Made by a program: the position numbers and the translations under genes
Assembly (NCBI GenBank): GCA_964628355.1
Contig: CAZVNB010000014.1
Span: 1-63,624, forward strand
DNA: 63,624 nucleotides
Direction of reading: 5' to 3'
Source of the DNA: an uncultured Planctomycetia bacterium
GTDB lineage: Bacteria > Omnitrophota > Gorgyraeia > 2-02-FULL-51-18
Notes under the pieces: model-generated
What the model saw: only the letters and a program-made list of their open reading frames with translations
The model's database searches: none
Told to the model about the DNA's origin: nothing
In this document: in pieces, positions 9,184-17,901 of the stretch
How positions within the stretch are numbered: the first letter of the stretch is position 1
Layout of the letters: every line of letters starts with the position of its first letter

Positions 9184-9963
9184 ATGATGTCTCAATTGCT
9201 TCAGGGGAAAAAGGGCCTCATTCTTGGCGTGGCTAATAAGCGAAGCATCGCCTGGTCTATTGCGCAAAGCGCTGCCGGTGAAGGCGCGCAGTTGGCTTTT
9301 ACTTATCAAGGTGAGCGCTTGGAAGAAAATGTAAAAGAACTTGCCGGCACTTTAAATGGATCTCTGGTGATGCCTTGCGACGTGATGCAGGAGACACAAG
9401 TCGAGGATACTTTCAAAAAAATACAAGAGGCATGGGGCGGGCTTGATTTTGTGGCCCACTGCATTGCGTACGCAAGAGCCGAGGATTTAAGTGGCGGCTA
9501 CACCAAAACAAATAAAGAAGGTTTTGATACGGCGCTGGGCGTGAGCGCCTATTCGCTCACCAGTGTTTGTCAGAAAGCCGCGCCTCTAATGGAAGCTCGG
9601 GGAGGTGGAAGCATTCTCACGCTGACCTATCTCGGCGGGGATCGTGTGATGCCCGGTTACAATGTGATGGGTGTGGCAAAAGCCGCCTTGCAGTGCAGTG
9701 TGCGTTATCTTGCGTATGATTTGGGCAGTAAAAATATTCGTGTCAACGCCATCTCTGCGGGTCCCATCAATACGCTGGCCGCACGCGGCATTTCCGGTTT
9801 TACCGACATTCTCAAAATAGCGCGTGAGAAATCCCCGCTCAAACGAAACACCGAGCCTCAAGAAGTGGGTGATACGGCTCTTTTTTTATTCAGCGCCCTT
9901 AGCCGGGGAATTACTGGCCAAGTGATTTACGTAGACAGTGGCTACAGCATTCTCGGTATTTAA
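9184..9963 (+). CDS. fabI: Enoyl-ACP reductase FabI
   Basis: GVANKRSIAW, YNVMGVAKAAL, NAISAGPINTLAA. Confidence 0.95.
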   Translation: MMSQLLQGKKGLILGVANKRSIAWSIAQSAAGEGAQLAFTYQGERLEENVKELAGTLNGSLVMPCDVMQETQVEDTFKKIQEAWGGLDFVAHCIAYARAEDLSGGYTKTNKEGFDTALGVSAYSLTSVCQKAAPLMEARGGGSILTLTYLGGDRVMPGYNVMGVAKAALQCSVRYLAYDLGSKNIRVNAISAGPINTLAARGISGFTDILKIAREKSPLKRNTEPQEVGDTALFLFSALSRGITGQVIYVDSGYSILGI

Positions 9964-10024
9964 TAATCGCCCGCCAACTACGCCCAAAAATATTTCCCAA
10001 TAAGGGCGCGGGATTCAAATCCAA

Positions 10025-10040
10025 CCCCAACATATAGTAT
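10025..10040 (+). promoter_or_regulatory. Candidate NrdR-box-like site upstream of the smc promoter
   Basis: CCCCAACATATAGTAT matches the NrdR consensus (acaCwAtATaTwGtgt) at about 12/16 and ends 5 bp before the -35. Only one clear copy. Confidence 0.35.
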
Positions 10041-10045
10041 CTCAC

Positions 10046-10074
10046 TTGACGACCTACCCCAATCATGTTAATTT
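10046..10074 (+). promoter_or_regulatory. Sigma70-type promoter for smc
   Basis: TTGACG, 17-bp spacer, TAATTT with upstream TGn; SD-like GGAG before GTG 10116. Confidence 0.55.
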
Positions 10075-10115
10075 AAATCAACTAAAATTGACTAAGTTTA
10101 ACCGGAGAATCACAG

Positions 10116-13073
10116 GTGCATTTTAAGAAAATAGAAATTATCGGTTTTAAGTCGTTTGCGGGAAAAACGCTTATTGAATTTGAAGCGGGAGTGACTGCTA
10201 TTGTGGGGCCCAATGGTTGCGGGAAATCCAATGTTTCCGACGCGATCCGGTGGGTGCTGGGCGAACAAAGCGCCAAGTCCCTGCGTGGCTCCAATATGGA
10301 AGACGTCATTTTCAACGGCAGCGCCGATCTGGAGCCGCTCAATCTCGCCGAAGTATCTTTGACGCTTTCCAATGAATCTAGAATCTTCGCCATCGACTAT
10401 GAAGAAGTGACGATCACACGGCGTTTGTATCGGTCCGGTGAGAGTGAGTATTTGCTGAATAAAAACGTGGTGCGTTTGCGCGACATTCATGAGCTGCTCA
10501 TGGGAACAGGCATTGGCACCGAAAGTTATTCCGTGATTGAACAGGGCAAGATGGATGTGATATTGAATTCCAAGCCGGAAGACCGGCGCGTCATTTTCGA
10601 GGAAGCCGCAGGCATTACAAAATTTAAATCTAAAAAGAAAGAAGCGCTTCGCAAGCTGGAACAAACGGATGCGAATTTATTGCGCATCAACGATATTATT
10701 CAGGAGGTAAAGCGCCAGATTTCCTCCGTGGAGCGCCAAGCCAAAAAAGCCGAACAGTACAAAATCGAATTTGAAAAAATGAAAGATCTTGAACTACGGG
10801 TTGCTTGCCGAGAATTTCTTTTATTTGACCAGGATCACCGCCACAAGGAAGAGAGCCTCCAATCGCTGAAGCGTCAAGAGGTGGACTGTTTTTCGGTGGT
10901 ACGCTTAATTGAGGAAAAATGCGTCTTGGAAAAAACCCAAGTCCACCGCATCGAAGAATCGCTTCAAGCAGCCAGCGCCCAAGAGGTATGGGTCGGGGCT
11001 GAAATGAGAAAAACTCAAGACCGCATTCTCATGAACCGCGAACGCGTCGGTGAATTGCTTGAGCGAAAAGGCAACTTGGTTCACCAGATGCATGGCGCAA
11101 AAAAACGCCTTGAAGAGCTTGACGTAGAAACATCCAACCTAAACAATCAGCTCGAGCGCGCGAAAGTTGAGGAGGCTCAAGGGGCTTGTTTTCTTGCAGC
11201 GGTGCAAGGGGAGCTTGATGCCGTTGAGGCGTCTTTTGAGACGGCGCGGCAAGAAGAAGGGTTCGCGCAATCCGCCATTCAAGATTTGTCACGGCGTAAA
11301 GCCGCGGAAGAAAACAGTATCGCGCGAATTCACGCGGAATTATCTTCGATGGGCATTCAATGGAAGCGTCTGAAGCAGGAAGAAGAATCCCTGCTCAGGG
11401 AAATTCAAAAAATTGACGAACGCCTGACTCTTCCGCTTTTTGATTCGGCGGGAGCTTCTTCGTTCAGCACGCTGGAAAACAAGCTGCGTGAGTTTAAAGA
11501 AAAGATTTTTTCAATTTTACGCGCGTGGTTTGAACGGCAGCTCGCTCATCCGGGCGCAGAAGAAGAAAGGTTGCTGGAAGGCGATATCCAACGCTTTTCC
11601 GATGAAATATCAAAACTCCAAGGCAACCCCGATACTCGTGAAATCGAAAATAGGCATTTGCGTGACTCTCGCCGCCGCGTGGAAGAAAAACTTTCCGGGT
11701 TGGCGGGCGAACTGGACTTGTTTTCGGCGCAACAAGCGTCTCTGCGAGAACGCGAACAAAACCGAGAGGCCGTCTTGCCGCAGTTTGTCGAAGAAGAAAG
11801 CGGACTATTGCAAAGACTACAAAGCGTGCAAATGTTCCGTACCGATAAACAGCGCGACAAAGAGTCCGTGCTTGTGCAGCTTGCCGAAACGCGTTCACAG
11901 CAAAACAATATTTCTTCGCGTAGAGAAAAAGCCGAGCGAGACCGAAATTGGATACAAGAATCCAGGCGAGGGCAGGAAGAATTGTTGGCGGCGTTTGAAC
12001 GAGAATCCGAAGAATCTCTGATAAAAAAACAATCGTTGGAAGAAGAAAATAGTCGGTTGGAGTCCGATCAAAAGCGACTGGGTCTTGAGCGCGATGAAAT
12101 TTTGAGAAAAGTAGAGGCTTTGCGGCGGGACCGCGACAAGGCGGCCTCCTTGCTGGCGGAGCTCGAGCGCGAACGACAGGAGAAAAACGATTTTTTGAAC
12201 CAGGCGCGCCAACGAGTGCATGCGTTTGAAATGGAGAGTGCGGAAATTCGTTTTGCAATCGATCGGCTTAAAGAGAGGATTTTTAACGCCTATCAAGTGG
12301 ATTTGGCGTTGCAGGCGGGTGTTGCCCAAACGGCAGACGCCTTGAGCGAGCAGATGGAATTGCCTTCTGACATGAATTTTGAACAGGCCAAGCAGGAAAT
12401 CCAAAAATACCGTGAAAAATTAAACCGCATGGGTCCGGTCAATCTCGTTGCGATTGAAGAGCATGAGGAAATGACGCAACGGTTTAATTTCCTCACACAG
12501 CAGGAGCATGACCTTTTAAAGGCCAAGGAAGACCTTCATAAAGCCATTCAAAAAATAAACCGGACCACGCGTGAACTCTTCGCAGATACTTTTTCAAAGA
12601 TCCAGGCCCATTTCTCGGAATATTACCGCCTTTTGTTTGGTGGCGGTTCGGCGGAACTGGTTTTATTGGATGAAAACGATATTTTGGAAAGCGGGATCGA
12701 CATTGTGGCTCGTCCGCCCGGAAAAAAACTTCAGAATATTTCGCTGCTGTCCGGCGGAGAGAAAGCGCTGACGGCAGTGGCGCTTTTATTTGCATTATTC
12801 AAGGTAAAACCCAGTCCTTTTTGCGTGCTGGATGAAATTGATGCGCCCCTGGACGAATCGAATGTGGATCGTTTTTGCAACGTGCTTAAAGAATTTGTTT
12901 CCGCGTCGCAATTCATCGTGATCACGCACAACAAGCGTACGATGAACCTGGCAGATGCCATTTACGGAGTCACCATGGAACAAACAGGCATCAGCAAAAT
13001 CGTTTCTGTAAGATTTTCTTCAATTTTGCCAATGGTTGCGCCGGTGGAAAAAGCGGAGGTCGAGGCGTTTTAA
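10116..13073 (+). CDS. smc: SMC-family chromosome segregation ATPase, short (985 aa), no recognisable hinge domain
   Basis: Head motifs intact: GFKSF, GPNGCGKSN, IEQG, EEAAG, GPVN, LSGGE, LDEIDAPLD, ITHN. Long coiled coils. No GVHG/GRATF/GX6GX3GG hinge motifs visible in the centre. Confidence 0.9.
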   Translation: MHFKKIEIIGFKSFAGKTLIEFEAGVTAIVGPNGCGKSNVSDAIRWVLGEQSAKSLRGSNMEDVIFNGSADLEPLNLAEVSLTLSNESRIFAIDYEEVTITRRLYRSGESEYLLNKNVVRLRDIHELLMGTGIGTESYSVIEQGKMDVILNSKPEDRRVIFEEAAGITKFKSKKKEALRKLEQTDANLLRINDIIQEVKRQISSVERQAKKAEQYKIEFEKMKDLELRVACREFLLFDQDHRHKEESLQSLKRQEVDCFSVVRLIEEKCVLEKTQVHRIEESLQAASAQEVWVGAEMRKTQDRILMNRERVGELLERKGNLVHQMHGAKKRLEELDVETSNLNNQLERAKVEEAQGACFLAAVQGELDAVEASFETARQEEGFAQSAIQDLSRRKAAEENSIARIHAELSSMGIQWKRLKQEEESLLREIQKIDERLTLPLFDSAGASSFSTLENKLREFKEKIFSILRAWFERQLAHPGAEEERLLEGDIQRFSDEISKLQGNPDTREIENRHLRDSRRRVEEKLSGLAGELDLFSAQQASLREREQNREAVLPQFVEEESGLLQRLQSVQMFRTDKQRDKESVLVQLAETRSQQNNISSRREKAERDRNWIQESRRGQEELLAAFERESEESLIKKQSLEEENSRLESDQKRLGLERDEILRKVEALRRDRDKAASLLAELERERQEKNDFLNQARQRVHAFEMESAEIRFAIDRLKERIFNAYQVDLALQAGVAQTADALSEQMELPSDMNFEQAKQEIQKYREKLNRMGPVNLVAIEEHEEMTQRFNFLTQQEHDLLKAKEDLHKAIQKINRTTRELFADTFSKIQAHFSEYYRLLFGGGSAELVLLDENDILESGIDIVARPPGKKLQNISLLSGGEKALTAVALLFALFKVKPSPFCVLDEIDAPLDESNVDRFCNVLKEFVSASQFIVITHNKRTMNLADAIYGVTMEQTGISKIVSVRFSSILPMVAPVEKAEVEAF

Positions 13074-13081
13074 GAGCGAGT

Positions 13082-14251
13082 TTAGGGTTTTTGGTAGGCA
13101 CGCACGCGATTTTTTCCCGCGCGCTTTGCTTCGTACAGCGCGCCATCCGCGCAGAAAATCAGCTTATCTTTGTCGTCGGCGTCTTCGGGATAGCAAGATA
13201 CTCCGATCGATACGGTTGCTTTTTTGGGCATGCCGTCAGAAAACGCGGCGGTTGTGTCGCGTTCGATAGTTTCCCGCAGACGTTCGGCCAATTTCACGGC
13301 TTCGGATTTGGCGGTCCCCGGCAATATCGCCACAAATTCTTCTCCGCCATATCGCGCCAAGTTATCCTTGCGGCGTATCACTGTTTTTGAAATTGCAGAA
13401 ATTATTTCCAGGGCGCGGTCGCCGGCTTGGTGTCCGTAGGTATCGTTATAAGATTTAAAGTCATCCACGTCGAATACAATCAAGCTAAGAGGCAGGCTTT
13501 TTGTTTTGGCCTCTTTGAAGGCTTCGGATAAAATTTTTTGGAAATGACCGTGGTTCCAGAGCTTGGTAAGCGAGTCCTGTTGGGAGGTGATGACGACCTC
13601 ACTGTAGGTCTTGGCATTTTCAAGTGCCAGTCCTGCGTGATTGGCGAGCATCAGGATGCGTCTTAAGTCAGAATCCTTGAGCGGTTTTTTTGTGGTGATG
13701 TTGTCTACCAGCAGCACGCCGATCACGCTGTTTTTTCCACGCAGTGGCACCACGGCAAACTCCGTGATCCCCAAACCAATCAGCAGGGGATCGCATATCT
13801 GATGATTCACGTTTTCTTTCGGCACAACGGAAGGTTTATCGTGAATAACCGTTGCGGGAAGAATGCCGAAAGTTTTTTCGATGGGCAAACGGACCTGCTG
13901 CACGCTTTTGTTGAGCTCGATGTCAATGTTTTTGTTGGCTTTCTTATACACATCCAGCAGGCCTTCCAGCGTGATTTTGTTTTCCTCGATCATTTTCCAA
14001 ATATGCGGTGAAACCTCTGGATGCGTAGGGCCTATGCCCATTTTTCCTTCCAGAGTCGTGCCAAACTCATCCACCATGAAAAGAATGGCGCGGTTGTAGC
14101 CCAAACCCTCGTGGCTAGTCACGGCGCTCAAAATCAAATAAATAACTTCATCTAACAGAAGCGTCGTACGAATTAGGTTCCCAATTTCGTACAAAAGCAA
14201 AAGTTCTTGACGAGTTTTTCGTAGTTCTTCTTGTAATCTAAGTTCTTCCAT
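13082..14251 (-). CDS. GAF-domain diguanylate cyclase (GAF-GGDEF)
   Basis: DSLTKLWNH, DVDDFKSYNDTYGHQAGD, RRKD I-site, ARYGGEEF, ADGALYEAKRAGKN; N-terminal GAF-like region. Confidence 0.92.
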   Translation of the reverse strand: MEELRLQEELRKTRQELLLLYEIGNLIRTTLLLDEVIYLILSAVTSHEGLGYNRAILFMVDEFGTTLEGKMGIGPTHPEVSPHIWKMIEENKITLEGLLDVYKKANKNIDIELNKSVQQVRLPIEKTFGILPATVIHDKPSVVPKENVNHQICDPLLIGLGITEFAVVPLRGKNSVIGVLLVDNITTKKPLKDSDLRRILMLANHAGLALENAKTYSEVVITSQQDSLTKLWNHGHFQKILSEAFKEAKTKSLPLSLIVFDVDDFKSYNDTYGHQAGDRALEIISAISKTVIRRKDNLARYGGEEFVAILPGTAKSEAVKLAERLRETIERDTTAAFSDGMPKKATVSIGVSCYPEDADDKDKLIFCADGALYEAKRAGKNRVRAYQKP

Positions 14252-14257
14252 AGTAGG

Positions 14258-14266
14258 ATATTACCA
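14258..14266 (-). promoter_or_regulatory. Extended -10 promoter, probably giving a leaderless DGC mRNA
   Basis: Minus strand reads TG-G-TAATAT-CCTACT-ATG(14251); no SD. Confidence 0.55.
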
Positions 14267-14301
14267 CAATTTTTTAGGAAAAACCAATTAGCAATCCATC
14301 C

Positions 14302-15042
14302 ATGCCGCCCATAGTCGCATCTGAGCAGCCCAACATCAAAAGCATGTTCGACCGCTTATCGAATCGGTATGACATTTTCAATCGATTAACAAGTTTGGGG
14401 CTAGACAATGTTTGGCGACGAAAAACTTTGTCCGGTGTGAGGCCAGGAATGCGTATTTTGGATATAGGTTGCGGCACTGGGGACTTGAGCCTCTTAGCGG
14501 TCAAACGGTTAAAGGGCCATGGAGAAATCGTCGGCCTAGATTTTTCGGAAAAAATGCTCGAGATTGCCGAAAAAAGGTACCAAAATTTGAGTTTAAGCTC
14601 AGGAAAAGCCGTTTTACGGTTTGTGTGCCGCAGAGCGGAAGAATTGCCTTTTGAGCAAAAACCGTACGATCTTGCGGTCTCGGCATTTGTGCTCCGCAAC
14701 CTTTATGAAAATATGGATGCGATCTTGTCCGGCGTTTTTGAAGCGCTAAGGCCAGGCGCGCAAATCGCTTTTTTGGACTTTACCGAGCCTCCGGGACGCT
14801 TACGCCTGTGGTTGTGGCGTATGTACATGCAAACGGCAGCGGCTGTTTATGGAAATCTTCTTTTTGGCAAGGACTATCCAAAAAATTATATGACAGAATC
14901 TGCCCAACGTTTTTTAAAAGCGCCTGCTTTTGCGGAAAAATTACGTGAAATAGGCTTTGAAAACGTGACGGCGCAAAAATTCATGATGGGGATTATTGTG
15001 TTGTATCGCGCGGCCAAACCATTATCGACCGGCAAGGGATAG
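14302..15042 (+). CDS. menG: UbiE/MenG demethylmenaquinone methyltransferase
   Basis: MFDRLSNRYDIFNRLTSLGLDNVWRR, LDIGCGTGDL, FVLRN, FLDF; heads the menaquinone cluster. Confidence 0.88.
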   Translation: MPPIVASEQPNIKSMFDRLSNRYDIFNRLTSLGLDNVWRRKTLSGVRPGMRILDIGCGTGDLSLLAVKRLKGHGEIVGLDFSEKMLEIAEKRYQNLSLSSGKAVLRFVCRRAEELPFEQKPYDLAVSAFVLRNLYENMDAILSGVFEALRPGAQIAFLDFTEPPGRLRLWLWRMYMQTAAAVYGNLLFGKDYPKNYMTESAQRFLKAPAFAEKLREIGFENVTAQKFMMGIIVLYRAAKPLSTGKG

Positions 15043-15045
15043 AAA

Positions 15046-16518
15046 TTGAAAAAGGGTTTTAAGGATCTTCGCAGTTTCATCGAGCTTCTCGAAAAAAAAG
15101 GAGAACTGCTGCGTATTTCAAAGTTGGTGGACCCCGAGCTTGAGATTACTGAAATCACCGATCGTGTTTCAAAAATGAGCGGAGGGGGCAAAGCGCTTTA
15201 TTTTACAAATGTGAAAGGCGCTCAATTTCCGGTATTGATCAATGCTTTTGGGTCTTACCGGCGCATGGCGCTGGCCATGGGCGCGACAAACATCGAAGAA
15301 GCCGCCCAAAAAATCTCAGCGCTTCTTTCCATCCAGGGAATGCCGAAAAGTTTCTCCGGTAAAGTGAGCCTGCTGAGACAGTTGGTGGATTTGTCGAAGA
15401 TTCCTCCGAAGCGTATTTTGAGCGCGCCTTGCCAAGAAGTGGTGTTGAAGGAAAAGTTTAGTTTGTCCAATTTTCCCATTTTAAAGTGCTGGCCCAAAGA
15501 CGGGGGTCGCTTCATCACGATGCCGCTGGTATTCACCAAGGATCCTGAAACCGGCCAGCGGAATGTGGGAATGTATCGCATGCACGTGTACGATGATCGA
15601 TCCACCGGCATGCATTGGCAGACGCAAAAAGACGGCGCAATTCATGCGCAAAAAGCAAAGAAGCTTGGAAAAAAACTCGAGGTGGCTGTGGTGATCGGAG
15701 TGGATCCAGCGACGGTTTTTTCGGCGGTGGTGCCTTTGCCGTACGGTTTGGACGAGCTTTTGTTCAGCGGCTTCATTCGCAATTCTCCGGTGGAACTTGT
15801 GCGCTGCAAAACTTTGGACTTGGAAGTGCCAGCCGAAAGCGAAATCGTTTTGGAGGGCACCGTCGATCCGGAAGATCTTCGCGAGGAAGGTCCGTTTGGC
15901 GATCACACCGGTGTTTATACGCCAATCGAACTTTTTCCTGTATTTCGAATTCAATGCATCACACACCGAAAAAATCCGATTTATCACACGACGATCGTGG
16001 GAAAACCGCCAATGGAGGACTACTATATGGGCAAAGCCATCGAAAGGACCTTTCTGCCAATTTTGCAGAAACAAATTCCTGAAATTGTCGATATGAATTT
16101 TCCGATGGAAGGAACATTTAATAATGCCGTAATTGTTTCCATCGATAAAAATTATCCTTTCCAGGCGCGCAAGGTCGCGCACGCCATTTTTGGCTTGGGG
16201 CAACTGGCGTTTACGAAATTCGTTATTGTTGTGGATAAAAACGTGAATGTTCATGATCTATCGGCTGTCGCTTTGGCCGTGTTCAATAATATAGATCCCA
16301 AACGGGACATGTCTTTTGTGGAGGGACCGGTAGACACATTGAATCACGCCGCTCCGGTTAGAGACTTCGGGTCAAAAGTCTGTATGGATGCAACGGCCAA
16401 AACCAAAGAAGAAGGGTATGCGCGCACGTGGCCGGAGGAAATAGAAATGGATTCGATGACGAAGAAAAAGGTGGATGGCATGTGGAAAGAGCTGGGAATA
16501 AAAGATGAGCGCTGCTAA
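15046..16518 (+). CDS. mqnL: UbiD-family menaquinone biosynthesis decarboxylase (MqnL)
   Basis: VDPELEITEI, WPKDGGRFIT, NVGMYR, EGPFGDHTG, GSKVCMDAT; futalosine-pathway context; TTG start. Confidence 0.88.
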   Translation: MKKGFKDLRSFIELLEKKGELLRISKLVDPELEITEITDRVSKMSGGGKALYFTNVKGAQFPVLINAFGSYRRMALAMGATNIEEAAQKISALLSIQGMPKSFSGKVSLLRQLVDLSKIPPKRILSAPCQEVVLKEKFSLSNFPILKCWPKDGGRFITMPLVFTKDPETGQRNVGMYRMHVYDDRSTGMHWQTQKDGAIHAQKAKKLGKKLEVAVVIGVDPATVFSAVVPLPYGLDELLFSGFIRNSPVELVRCKTLDLEVPAESEIVLEGTVDPEDLREEGPFGDHTGVYTPIELFPVFRIQCITHRKNPIYHTTIVGKPPMEDYYMGKAIERTFLPILQKQIPEIVDMNFPMEGTFNNAVIVSIDKNYPFQARKVAHAIFGLGQLAFTKFVIVVDKNVNVHDLSAVALAVFNNIDPKRDMSFVEGPVDTLNHAAPVRDFGSKVCMDATAKTKEEGYARTWPEEIEMDSMTKKKVDGMWKELGIKDERC

Positions 16519-16978
16519 CGTGAAAACCAGCCCTGACTCAAAAACACTGAAATTTAGCCTTACTGGGAATCTTGCGTTTGCCTATTTATTGGTCGGATTT
16601 TTTGTTTATTCTTTTTTTAGTTTTTTAAGTTTTTCTTTGTTGAATGCGGGGCCGCTTTGGGGAAGTATTTTGAATTATAGCTTTTATTTTTTTAATCTGG
16701 ATTTGTTGCCGGTGCGCGGGATGCTTTTGTCGTATCCTTTCGTAATCGCTGGGCTGTCCCACTATTTTCCAGGTATCGGTAGTTTCGTTGGGCGTTCAAA
16801 TTTTTTACCTATTTTTTTAATGCTGGTTTATTTTCTGTATTTTTTGGTTTCCGCTTTTCTTGGCCCCATCGGCTTTCTCCGTGTTTATTCCGCCTACAAC
16901 GGATCAGTTCGGGGCAAAAAGGCTTCTCTGGGAATCATCGGATTTTTTCTGTTTGTACGTCTGGCCGAATTACGTTGA
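16505..16978 (+). CDS. Hypothetical polytopic membrane protein (possibly the 5' part of a frameshifted gene)
   Basis: 157 aa, Phe/Leu-rich with several TM-like stretches; overlaps the mqnL stop; no motif recognised. Confidence 0.45.
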   Translation: MSAANVKTSPDSKTLKFSLTGNLAFAYLLVGFFVYSFFSFLSFSLLNAGPLWGSILNYSFYFFNLDLLPVRGMLLSYPFVIAGLSHYFPGIGSFVGRSNFLPIFLMLVYFLYFLVSAFLGPIGFLRVYSAYNGSVRGKKASLGIIGFFLFVRLAELR

Positions 16979-17229
16979 TATGTTTCTACATTTTAAAAAA
17001 AACAGTTCTGCCCTCCCCCGCGAGGAAGTACGGTTTTTTGCTTCCGGTTGCGATTCTCCTTTTTGCCGGTGAAATTTTATTGGCTTTTTTCACATTTTAT
17101 ATAGTGCCTATGATGCATATGCAAGAACAGGATTTGTATGATACGGTACCATCTGCGCTTGCGTTGAGCACGCATCGTCCTTCCATAAACGAGCAGGGCA
17201 AACAATTTTTAATTTACAGTTTCTTTTGA
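16975..17229 (+). CDS. Small hypothetical membrane protein (possibly the 3' part of the same gene)
   Basis: 84 aa from TTG with a TM stretch GFLLPVAILLFAGEILLAFFTFYIVP; 4-nt overlap with the upstream ORF. Confidence 0.35.
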   Translation: MICFYILKKTVLPSPARKYGFLLPVAILLFAGEILLAFFTFYIVPMMHMQEQDLYDTVPSALALSTHRPSINEQGKQFLIYSFF

Positions 17230-17333
17230 AACCTTGGATAAATTTGAAAGACAAATTAACAATGTTTTTATCCCTGCACAGAGGACAAAGCTATCTTAAC
17301 CTCATTCCGGATCTGAAGTACGTCGCGGCGAAT

Positions 17334-17362
17334 TTGATACAATATACATTTTAGTGTATACT
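17334..17362 (+). promoter_or_regulatory. Sigma70 promoter with overlapping palindromic operator of the TA operon
   Basis: TTGATA, 17-bp spacer, TATACT. Inverted repeat TATACA-N6-TGTATA (17343-17360) covers the spacer and -10. SD AGGAGG at 17369-17374. Confidence 0.75.
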
Positions 17363-17378
17363 TTTGTTAGGAGGATTT

Positions 17379-17654
17379 ATGGTGCAAACAATGACATTGA
17401 AGGAGCTAAGGCCGGAACTGCCGAGGGTGGTCGAGCGCATTGATAAGAGGCTGGATCGTTATGTGATTACGCGGCATGGCAAGCCGGTAGTTGTGATGAT
17501 AGGCATCGATGATTATGAGGCGCTCATGGAGACACTGGACATTCTCAATGACCCGGTGACGATGCGCATGTTGAAACAAGGGGAAGCGGACGCCAAAAAG
17601 GGCCGGATGGTTCCCTGGAAAAAGGTAAAGAAATCTCTTGGTCTGGCGTCTTGA
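17379..17654 (+). CDS. Phd/YefM-family antitoxin
   Basis: TLKELRPELPRVV...YVITRHGKPVVVMIGIDDYEALMETLDIL; SD-supported ATG 17379. Confidence 0.92.
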   Translation: MVQTMTLKELRPELPRVVERIDKRLDRYVITRHGKPVVVMIGIDDYEALMETLDILNDPVTMRMLKQGEADAKKGRMVPWKKVKKSLGLAS

Positions 17655-17901
17655 GTTTTCGGGCTCGGCGCACAAAGCCCTGAATTGGATTCAGAAACGA
17701 GAACCTAGTCTTTTTCCAAGAATCATAGAAGTTCTTGAAAGCCTGGGCAAAAACCCCTTTCAGGGAAAACCCCTAAAAGGGGAGTTGATCGGGCGATACT
17801 CTTACCGCGTGGGCTCGTACAGGATTATTTACCGACTGCATAAAGGGGAATTGCTGGTGTTGATACTGAGTATTGGCCATCGTCGGGATATTTATCGTTG
17901 A
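17638..17901 (+). CDS. RelE/ParE-superfamily (RelE-like) toxin
   Basis: WRLEFSGSAHK...NPFQGKPLKG...YSYRVGSYRIIY...IGHRRDIY; overlaps the antitoxin; TTG start. Confidence 0.9.
   Translation: MVWRLEFSGSAHKALNWIQKREPSLFPRIIEVLESLGKNPFQGKPLKGELIGRYSYRVGSYRIIYRLHKGELLVLILSIGHRRDIYR

Noticed and set aside
9981-10010. Intrinsic terminator after fabI (CGCCC...GGGCG)
   Set aside because: Only a 5-bp stem with an 18-nt loop and no U-tract.
10082-12983. Long antisense or alternative-frame ORFs over smc (e.g. 10110-10664, 11494-12258, 11440-12021)
   Set aside because: They shadow a well-supported gene and have no motifs or start signals.
10116-13073. Rad50/SbcC or RecN identity for the short SMC
   Set aside because: No central CxxC hook and no sbcD. 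The head motifs (GFKSF, EEAAG, GPVN, DEIDAPLD) are true-SMC type and the protein is far longer than RecN.
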